From Calditrichaceae bacterium (lineage in GTDB: Bacteria > Calditrichota > Calditrichia > Calditrichales > JBFXGD01): a DNA stretch of 25,024 bases. The DNA is taken from positions 1-25,024 of the forward strand of contig JBFXLE010000039.1 in the NCBI GenBank assembly GCA_050173015.1. The letters run 5' to 3'. Each line of letters opens with the position of its first letter. Position 1 is the first letter of the stretch. The translations under genes were made by a program, and so were the position numbers. The notes below the pieces were generated by a model. The model did not search any database. It had not been told where the DNA came from and worked only from the letters and a program-made list of their open reading frames with translations. Of this stretch, positions 17,695 to 24,995 are shown one piece after another.

Positions 17695-19824
17695 ATGAAG
17701 CGTACATTTTTTACTGTTTTTGTACTGCTGATGTTAACAGCACTTCTGAGCGCGCAGACTGTTAATGTCACTTTCCGGGCCAATGTGGCCGCGGTTCCCG
17801 ATACACTCGGAGCTACAAGTCTTGTTCAGATCAGAGGAACAAGCGATTCTGATGATGGTAATATTGATGTTTTGTCTCCCGGTGTAGAAATTGCCTGGAA
17901 CGCGAATACAACCATGTATTTGCAGAATGTGGGCGGTGATTACTGGGAAGGTACTTTTGCGGTACCGGCAGGATCAGCCTTAAAGTATAAGTTTTTCACA
18001 AATTATCACAGTACAGTCGCGTCAGGGGATGAATGGGAACATACCGGCTGGGAAAACGATGTAGCAGAGACTGCGGATCCGATAGTTGGCGGAGAGGCAA
18101 AAACTACAAACCGGGTTCTTGATCTGTCAGGTTTCGCAGGAACGGATACCGTTCTGAATTTACAGTTCGTGAATGGCTGGTCTATGCAGAAACCGGGTCA
18201 ATACGCTACGCCATACACCACCAATGATTCTACATTTGTAATTTATATACGTACCAATATGATGGGCTTTGAAGAATTTGATCCATCCCGTCACGCCGTT
18301 GGTGTTCGCGGATCGAATATGGAAGACTGGGGACAAACAGGTGAATTAAGCTGGGGGCCATCATATCTTTTGACAAAAGGACCTGGTGATGGAAAGGTTG
18401 CCACAAATTTCTATTCAGCCGCAATTCATGTTCCGTTAAAATACGATAGTGCCGGAGTAAAATTTAAATTAGTTGTACATGATACCGTATCCGGTTCTAT
18501 CGATGAAGATTGGTCGTTGATGTTTCATAATTCCGGTCGGGAAGATGAGGTACCCTTCGTTTGGACCGGTGAAGACACGACCGTTCACTGGTTTTGGTTC
18601 GATAATATGGCGCCAATTATTAGGCCTAATGAGGATTCAGTCATAGTTACATTTAAAGCCGATATGAGCAAAGCCATTTCCGATAACGCGTTCTCATCAA
18701 ATGATACGGTAGTGGTAAAGTCCGGCTGGAATGCCACTGCGGATAATGTTTATACATCCGGCAAAATGATCCGCCAGGGTATTTCATCTATTTACGCTAT
18801 TGTTGATACGGTAGTAAGTTCCTTGAATGAAGATTTGCAATATAGCTATTATCTGGTTAAAAACGGACAGGAATTTAAAGAAATTTTCTTTGATTTTGCC
18901 GACAGTGATGGTGGGTCATCCGCTGAAAGAAGAAAATTATTAATGACAGGTTCAACTGTACTTGTTGAAGATTATACGGATGATATTGCAAGTCCAAGAA
19001 GAAAACCGACCTTCAGGAATACGACTCCTATCGATAAAGATATTACGGTGATATACACCTGTGATGTGCGCCCTGCATTTTATCAGGTTAAATTTGGTGG
19101 CAGCACACTGGAAGATATCCAGAGCACCTTTCATATTACCGATCCTGAAGATGTGATCACTTATGGTGTACGTATTAATGGCCCGGCAACAGGTTCATGG
19201 GAAACATGGGGTCAAACACTCTATGACAATGCCGAACGTACGATGTATGATGACGGAACGAATGGTGACGAAGTTGCCGGTGATTCAATTTATACCGCGA
19301 CTTTTACCTATTTAACATCAACGGTACCGGTTCCGACAGTTGGACAGGAATTTAAATTCGGTATCCATGGCGGGGACAACGAAGGTGGATTCGGAAACAA
19401 CCACATCGAAAATATTGATATGAGCGGTGACACTACTTTTATTCACTCACAGTTCGGCAGCATCGATCCTCTATTTTATTCTGAATGGGATTATACAAAT
19501 CAGATGCCGTCAGCTATCGGGGATGATGATCTGGGAACCTTGCCGAAAGTTTACACTCTCAACCAGAACTATCCAAACCCGTTCAATCCCGTGACTACAA
19601 TTACCTATACTCTCGCTAAATCAGGTAAAGTAAAGTTGGATATTTACAATGTACTTGGACAGAAAGTGAGAACATTGATTGATGGCAACGCTACAGCGGG
19701 ATTACATGTCGATCAGTGGAATGGTCTGGATAACAATGGTAAGAAAGTCGCCTCCGGTGTTTATTTCTATAAACTGGAAGCAGGCGAATTCACAGCCATT
19801 AAAAAAATGATCATGATTAAATAA
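17695..19824 (+). CDS. T9SS type-A CTD (FlgD-Ig-like) secreted protein with tandem CBM20/48-like beta-sandwich modules
   Basis: Signal peptide; repeated module starts (VTFRANV, IYIRTNM, VTFKADMS, VIYTCDV); MYDDGTNGDEVAGDSIYT motif; CTD LNQNYPNPFNPVTTITY...IYNVLGQKVRTL...SGVYFYKL...KKMIMIK. ATG 17695 follows GGAGGA. Confidence 0.85.
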   Translation: MKRTFFTVFVLLMLTALLSAQTVNVTFRANVAAVPDTLGATSLVQIRGTSDSDDGNIDVLSPGVEIAWNANTTMYLQNVGGDYWEGTFAVPAGSALKYKFFTNYHSTVASGDEWEHTGWENDVAETADPIVGGEAKTTNRVLDLSGFAGTDTVLNLQFVNGWSMQKPGQYATPYTTNDSTFVIYIRTNMMGFEEFDPSRHAVGVRGSNMEDWGQTGELSWGPSYLLTKGPGDGKVATNFYSAAIHVPLKYDSAGVKFKLVVHDTVSGSIDEDWSLMFHNSGREDEVPFVWTGEDTTVHWFWFDNMAPIIRPNEDSVIVTFKADMSKAISDNAFSSNDTVVVKSGWNATADNVYTSGKMIRQGISSIYAIVDTVVSSLNEDLQYSYYLVKNGQEFKEIFFDFADSDGGSSAERRKLLMTGSTVLVEDYTDDIASPRRKPTFRNTTPIDKDITVIYTCDVRPAFYQVKFGGSTLEDIQSTFHITDPEDVITYGVRINGPATGSWETWGQTLYDNAERTMYDDGTNGDEVAGDSIYTATFTYLTSTVPVPTVGQEFKFGIHGGDNEGGFGNNHIENIDMSGDTTFIHSQFGSIDPLFYSEWDYTNQMPSAIGDDDLGTLPKVYTLNQNYPNPFNPVTTITYTLAKSGKVKLDIYNVLGQKVRTLIDGNATAGLHVDQWNGLDNNGKKVASGVYFYKLEAGEFTAIKKMIMIK

Positions 19825-19855
19825 AGGTTAGCCTCAACGAGTCTATCCTGATTTT

Positions 19856-19895
19856 CTGTGCCGGTCTCCCTTTAGGATGACCGGCACAGTTTTTT
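19856..19895 (+). terminator. Rho-independent terminator
   Basis: Perfect 11-bp stem CTGTGCCGGTC / GACCGGCACAG followed by TTTTTT, 31 nt after the stop codon. Confidence 0.88.
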
Positions 19896-20005
19896 ATTTT
19901 GAATTTTTGAATTATCCGATTGTCGTAACCGAAGGGCAATCTGATAATTGAAAATTTCATCATCATATCCATGTTATTTCATCCGCAAACGATTAGGAGT
20001 GGTAT

Positions 20006-21820
20006 ATGTCCGTTCTGGATTATGGAATAGTCGTCGTTTATCTGCTAACGATGGTTGGAATAGGCTTCTACTTCCAACGCAAAGCGTCCGGCAGCATTGA
20101 ATCCTATTTCCTCGGAAAAAGAGGAATACCCTGGTGGGCGCTGGGCGCGTCGGGTATGTCATCAAATCTTGATGTAAGCGGCACAATGATCAATACGGCT
20201 CTGGTTTATGCCCTTGGAATCAGCGGATTTTTTATTGAAATCCGTGGCGGCGTAACGCTGATTATGGCCTTTCTTATGATTTTTATGGGTAAATGGAACA
20301 GAAGAGCGCATGTCATGACGCTTGCGGAGTGGATGAAATTACGATTCGGGGATTCCAGGGACGGTCATGTGGCCCGTTTGATCGCCGCTGTCTCGGTCAT
20401 CGTAGTGACAATCGCTATGATTACCTATTTTGCCGTAGGCTCCGGCAAGTTTATCGGCGAATTTCTTGGTATTCCGCCAATGTTGGGCTTACCGTCAGAA
20501 TTCTGGGCAGCTACGCTCATGATTGTTCTGGCTATGATTTACACAGTGGCCTCCGGTCTCTATGGTGTGGTCTGGACGGATGTATTTCAGGGAACCATCA
20601 TTTTTGGTACGATTGTGATCGTTTCGTTTATCGCTTTTACAAAATACGCTCTGCCCGAGTCGTTTCTGATTTCGCTGCCAATGAAAGACGGGAGCTATCA
20701 GGCTTTCGAAATGACCCGTGACGCGTGGACAAATATCATACCCCAATGGCAGCTGAATATTGATCCTAATTCGGCTTATTCAATTTATAACCTGTTTGGT
20801 CTCGCTATTTTATTTTACCTGATCAAAGTAACCATTGAAGGCAGCGGCGGGACATCCGGTTATATGATTCAGCGTTATTTTGCCGCGAAAGATGATCGTG
20901 AAGCAGGTTTGCTGTCGCTGTTCTGGACGTTTCTGCTTTCTTTCCGCTGGCCGTTCATCATCGCCATTGCCATGATGGGTATCGGATACGGCGCAACTCA
21001 TTCCGTTATCGGTGATCCCGAAAAAGTGCTGCCGGTGGTGATAAATGAACTGGTGCCCATTGGCGTTAAAGGATTTCTTGTGGCCGGTTTGATGGCGGCT
21101 GCCATGTCCACATTCGATTCGACGGTTAATGCCGGCGCCGCGTATTGGGTCAAAGATATCTATCAGGCGTACATCAACCCCAAAGCGTCCGAGAAAAAAT
21201 TGATGCAGCATTCACGCTGGTCCAGTATTCTCATCGTAATATTGGGATTAGGTTTCAGCCTGCTTGTTAAAAATATTAATGAAATTTGGGGCTGGATTAC
21301 GATGAGCATCGGCGCGGGTATGATTATCCCGATGCTGATACGCTGGTACTGGTGGCGGTTAAACGGTTATGGTTTTGCCATAGGAACTGTGGCGGGTATG
21401 CTTGCCGCGGTTGTCCAGAAATTGTTGTTTCCTGAAGTTCCGGAATATATCTCCTTTGGCTTTGCCAGCGGGATTTCGCTTTTAGGCGTAATTATAGGAA
21501 CCTATGCCACTCCGGCGACGAGCGATTCGGTTCTGCTTAATTTTTACAAGGTCACCCGTCCTTTCGGATTTTGGGGACATATCCGCGCAAAACTTTCGGA
21601 TCAAAAGTTGGGAGAAATAAGGAAAGAAAATAAACGGGATATATTCTCAATTTTCCTGGCGGTACCCTGGCAGTTAATCCTGTTTTTATCATGGATGATG
21701 CTGCTGGTACGGGATTGGACAAAACTGAGCGTTTTGCTCATTTTACTCGTGGCGATATCCACAACGCTCTATTTCACATGGTTCCGTCATTTGCGCCAGA
21801 AAGTTGATATAGATAAGTAA
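20006..21820 (+). CDS. Sodium:solute symporter (SSS/SLC5 family), probably for a sugar
   Basis: LDYGIVVVYL...YFLGKRGIPWW, SGLYGVVWTDVFQG, QRYFAAK and GLMAAAMSTFDSTVN; many transmembrane helices; Shine-Dalgarno AGGAG. Confidence 0.93.
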   Translation: MSVLDYGIVVVYLLTMVGIGFYFQRKASGSIESYFLGKRGIPWWALGASGMSSNLDVSGTMINTALVYALGISGFFIEIRGGVTLIMAFLMIFMGKWNRRAHVMTLAEWMKLRFGDSRDGHVARLIAAVSVIVVTIAMITYFAVGSGKFIGEFLGIPPMLGLPSEFWAATLMIVLAMIYTVASGLYGVVWTDVFQGTIIFGTIVIVSFIAFTKYALPESFLISLPMKDGSYQAFEMTRDAWTNIIPQWQLNIDPNSAYSIYNLFGLAILFYLIKVTIEGSGGTSGYMIQRYFAAKDDREAGLLSLFWTFLLSFRWPFIIAIAMMGIGYGATHSVIGDPEKVLPVVINELVPIGVKGFLVAGLMAAAMSTFDSTVNAGAAYWVKDIYQAYINPKASEKKLMQHSRWSSILIVILGLGFSLLVKNINEIWGWITMSIGAGMIIPMLIRWYWWRLNGYGFAIGTVAGMLAAVVQKLLFPEVPEYISFGFASGISLLGVIIGTYATPATSDSVLLNFYKVTRPFGFWGHIRAKLSDQKLGEIRKENKRDIFSIFLAVPWQLILFLSWMMLLVRDWTKLSVLLILLVAISTTLYFTWFRHLRQKVDIDK

Positions 21821-22045
21821 AAACAAAAAGTTATCCACAAAATATGGCAATAATTAACAATTTATCCACATGTGAGCAAAAAAACTGAAAAAGCTGATAT
21901 TTTTGATAATATTTTTCGTAATCCCTTTAATATTAACGGGTTGCGAAGAAAAAAAAGAAAGAATTGTTGTTTGGTCATCGTTAAGACCGGTTGAAAGAGA
22001 TCTTTTGGATCAGTTGTTGGATGAGTTTTCCACAAGATATCCACA
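21755..22045 (+). promoter_or_regulatory. Cluster of co-oriented DnaA-box-like 9-mers
   Basis: TTATCCACA at 21831 and 21862 (perfect), TTTTCCACA at 22026, and ATATCCACA at 21755 and 22037. Confidence 0.6.
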
Positions 22046-23120
22046 ATTTGCGTTTAACCAGCTTTTTTACGCGCCGGAGGAGGCGCGGACAAATTTTATA
22101 ATCAGCGCTCTGGCGGGAAAGGGGCCGGCTGTTCTGCACGGCGCCAGTGATAATGTGGGACCTCTGGTCGAACTCGGTGTGATACAACCGATGGAGCCTT
22201 TCTTTGAAAAAGAATATCTGTCCGGATTTTTGAATCAGCCAATAGAAGCAAACACCTGGTTCCGGGGCCATTTGTATCAGATAGCGGATCGGGTTGGGAA
22301 TCACCTCTGTCTGGTTTATAATAAAGACATTCTAAAAGACCCTCCGAAAACAATTTCTGAACTGATAGCCGTTGGTAAAACCCTGACGAAGGATCTTGAC
22401 GGTGACGGACGCCCGGACAGATACGCTCTGGCCTGGAATTACACTGAACCATTTTTTGCGGTACCTTTTATCGGTGGGTACGGAGGATGGATTTTTGACG
22501 ATGAATATAATCCGACACTAAATACAGAAGCTACGGTTAAGGCCGCGCAGTTGATCTATGATCTCGCGAACAAGCACAAAATTATCCCGAAGGAATGTGA
22601 TTACGAATTATCAAACGCGCTGTTTAAGGACGGTATTTCAGCCATGATCATTAACGGGCCCTGGTCTTGGGGAACGTATATAAAAAGCGGAATAAATATC
22701 GGATTGGCAAATATTCCGAAAATTGATGAAACCGGATTGTGGCCGACGCCGCTTGTATCACCCATGGGTTTTTCACTGAATAAAAATCTTCAGGGTGAAA
22801 AACTGAATGTGACAGTTGAATTGGTAAAATTTCTGACTTCCAAAGAAGTAGAATTAAAATTTACCGCGCTGGGAAGTTCCATTCCATCGGTACAATCGGC
22901 TTATGACGATACTCTTGTCACGAATAATCCTCTGATTCAGAATGCCATAGCTCAATTAATGGTTGGTAAACCGATGCCTGTCGTTACAGAAATGCGCTGG
23001 ATATGGGATGCCATGCGTCCGGCATACCAGGGGATTTTTACAGGCAGAGTGACACCCGCGCAGGCCGCGGAGGATATGCAAAAACTTGCTGAAAAGCTGA
23101 TCAGGGAAAACAGGGAGTAG
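21903..23120 (+). CDS. Sugar ABC transporter substrate-binding lipoprotein (MalE/maltodextrin-binding-like); start uncertain
   Basis: Lipobox LTG-C; LVYNKDILKDPPKTISELI, FKDGISAMIINGPW and PMPVVTEMRWIWDAM resemble maltose/maltodextrin-binding protein motifs. Confidence 0.88.
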   Translation: MIIFFVIPLILTGCEEKKERIVVWSSLRPVERDLLDQLLDEFSTRYPQFAFNQLFYAPEEARTNFIISALAGKGPAVLHGASDNVGPLVELGVIQPMEPFFEKEYLSGFLNQPIEANTWFRGHLYQIADRVGNHLCLVYNKDILKDPPKTISELIAVGKTLTKDLDGDGRPDRYALAWNYTEPFFAVPFIGGYGGWIFDDEYNPTLNTEATVKAAQLIYDLANKHKIIPKECDYELSNALFKDGISAMIINGPWSWGTYIKSGINIGLANIPKIDETGLWPTPLVSPMGFSLNKNLQGEKLNVTVELVKFLTSKEVELKFTALGSSIPSVQSAYDDTLVTNNPLIQNAIAQLMVGKPMPVVTEMRWIWDAMRPAYQGIFTGRVTPAQAAEDMQKLAEKLIRENRE

Positions 23121-23492
23121 GGGGAGGAAGAGAAGTAAGAAGTAGGAAGTAGGAAGGATAAGAAAAAAGATAAAAGAAAAAAGATAAAAGAAAAAAGAAA
23201 AAAGAATAGGGGATCAGTACCCTACGATCAACACAGCAGGTCATCCCGCAGGGATCTTCTGGTTGCTTGGGCAGTGGAGGAAAGTAAGAAGTAAGAAGTA
23301 GAAAGTATGAAGTAAAAAGGATAAGAAAAAAAAAGATAAAAGAAAAAAGAAAAAAGAAAAAAGAATAGGGGATCAGTACCCTACGATCAACACAGCAGGT
23401 CATCCCGCAGGGATCTTCTGGTTGCTTGGGCAGTGAAGAAAAGTAAGAAGTAGGAAGTAGGAAGGATAAGAAAAAAGATAAAAGAAAAAAGA
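23115..23492 (+). repeat. Tandem direct repeat, period 159 bp, about 2.3 copies (purine heptamer tract plus 73-bp core)
   Basis: 23204-23276 is identical to 23363-23435. Each core is preceded by AAGTA(A/G)G and A-rich AAAAAAG/ATAAAAG heptamers; a third heptamer tract lies at 23441-23492. Confidence 0.92.
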
Positions 23493-23614
23493 GTTGAGAG
23501 TTTAAGATTCAGCTATTGTGTTGTGGATTTCTTTGGGGCGAATTTTCTGTTCGAGTGGATGAATGAGAAAAATAGAAATAATGATCACGAGTTAAAATTC
23601 GCCGGGGCTTTTTG

Positions 23615-23640
23615 CTACTTTTTGGCCATTCAAAAAGTAG
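23615..23640. repeat. Perfect 10-bp inverted repeat (hairpin)
   Basis: CTACTTTTTG-gccatt-CAAAAAGTAG. Confidence 0.8.
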
Positions 23641-23652
23641 GGGGAAGAAGAA

Positions 23653-23778
23653 AAGTAGGAAGTGGGAAGTAGGAAGTAAGAAGTAGGAAGTGAGAAGTAG
23701 GAAGTGAGAATTAGGAAGTAAGAAGTAGGAAGTAAGAAGTAGGAAGTGAGAATTAGGAAGTAAGAAGTAGGAAGTGAG
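23653..23778 (+). repeat. Heptamer tandem array, 18 x AA(G/T)TRRG
   Basis: Units AAGTAGG/AAGTAAG/AAGTGAG/AATTAGG/AAGTGGG in exact 7-bp phase, with a 42-bp higher-order duplication (23695-23736 vs 23737-23778, 1 mismatch). Confidence 0.95.
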
Positions 23779-23861
23779 AACGATAAGAGTATAAGAGTGT
23801 TAGAGTAGGGGCCCGAGTGACATACGGGATTTATTTGAGTCGTCCGATTACACTCACAAAC

Positions 23862-23935
23862 TGTCATCTCGCAGGGATCTTCTGCTTGTGGGGGAATGGC
23901 ATCCGGACAGAGAATAGGATTCCTCCTGAATGACA
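23862..23935. repeat. REP/MITE-like imperfect inverted repeat
   Basis: TGTCATCTCGCAGGGATCT ... GGATTCCTCCTGAATGACA. The left arm recurs as GTCATCCCGCAGGGATCTTCTG at 23240 and 23399. Confidence 0.55.
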
Positions 23936-24008
23936 TTTTGACGTTAGTTGCATGGAACGGCCTGTCCGAAATAAAGTGCGAAGAGGAAGTAAGAAGGATA
24001 AGAACATA

Positions 24009-24899
24009 ATGTCATTGGAAGTTTTTAGTAAAAGCAACAGACTTGTGTACCTTTATGTTATGCCGGCGGTTATCGTGATGGCGCTGGTAGTGCTTTACCC
24101 GTTCATTTATAACGTGGTTATCTCCTTTTCAAATATGAGCCTGACTCATTTCACGGACTGGAGTTTTGTCAAATTAAAAAATTACGTCAATGTAATCTTA
24201 GACCGGACATTCTGGTATTTCTTTTTTAAGACGGTTTTATGGACTGGATTAAATCTTGTCTTTCATGTGGGCATCGGTGTGTTACTTGCTTTGATTATAA
24301 ATGAGGATATCAAAGGGAAGACATTTTTTCGCACTGTGCTCATCTTACCCTGGGCCGTGCCCCAGTACATCACCGCCCTTACCTGGCGCGGCATGTTTAA
24401 TAATGAATACGGCGCGGTAAATTTGCTGCTTGGCAATCTGTTCGGACTTGAGATCCCATGGCTTTCGACGGAGTGGGGGGCGTTTACCGCCTGTCTGATC
24501 ACCAATATCTGGCTTGGATTTCCGTTCATGATGATTATCGCGCTTGGGGGCTTACAAAGCATACCGGCAAGTTTATATGAAGCGGCTGAGATTGACGGAG
24601 CGAGCCGATGGCAGCAGTTTAAAAATATTACGGTTCCTTTATTGAAACCGGTCATGGTGCCCGCAGTGACCCTGGGTGTGATCTGGACTTTTAATAACTT
24701 TAATGTAGTATGGCTGGTGAGCAACGGGGGAGAGCCTTCCGATACAACTCATATCCTGGTTTCATGGGTTTACAAAGCAGGATTTACCTATTTCCGTATG
24801 GGGTATGCCGCGGCGTTTTCCATGATCATCTTTGGAATATTGCTGATCTTTAGCTGGAAATTTATAAATCGCACTAAGGCTACGGAGAATGTGTATTGA
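24009..24899 (+). CDS. Carbohydrate ABC transporter permease (short MalF/MalC-like)
   Basis: LILPWAVPQYITALTW, NIWLGFPFMM, EAA loop LQSIPASLYEAAEIDGASRWQQFKNITVPLL and FNNFNVVWL. ATG 24009 follows AAGGA and is preferred over 23952. Confidence 0.93.
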   Translation: MSLEVFSKSNRLVYLYVMPAVIVMALVVLYPFIYNVVISFSNMSLTHFTDWSFVKLKNYVNVILDRTFWYFFFKTVLWTGLNLVFHVGIGVLLALIINEDIKGKTFFRTVLILPWAVPQYITALTWRGMFNNEYGAVNLLLGNLFGLEIPWLSTEWGAFTACLITNIWLGFPFMMIIALGGLQSIPASLYEAAEIDGASRWQQFKNITVPLLKPVMVPAVTLGVIWTFNNFNVVWLVSNGGEPSDTTHILVSWVYKAGFTYFRMGYAAAFSMIIFGILLIFSWKFINRTKATENVY

Positions 24900-24920
24900 A
24901 GTAGGAAGTGACTTGTCCTG

Positions 24921-24967
24921 AATAAATTGACAAAAAAGTGTTAATTTATTACCCTTGCCCAAAGGGT
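24921..24967 (+). promoter_or_regulatory. Candidate promoter embedded in an inverted repeat
   Basis: TTGACA (24927)-17 bp-TACCCT (24950); inverted repeat AATAAATTGAC...GTTAATTTATT; short hairpin ACCCTT-gccca-AAGGGT. Confidence 0.4.
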
Positions 24968-24995
24968 GCTACTCTAAACAAAGAAAGGGATCTTT

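Noticed and set aside
23204-23435. CRISPR-like repeat-spacer arrangement
   Set aside because: Only two 73-bp copies, the spacers are related low-complexity heptamer tracts, and there are no cas genes.
23101-23936. Minus-strand ORFs 23101-23403 and 23592-23936 (F/L/T/S/Y-rich)
   Set aside because: They are translations of the repeat tracts, whose pyrimidine-rich strand lacks stop codons; there is no independent coding evidence.
750-24962. Numerous 60-150 aa antisense or alternate-frame ORFs inside long genes
   Set aside because: Shadow ORFs of well-supported genes with no recognisable motifs.
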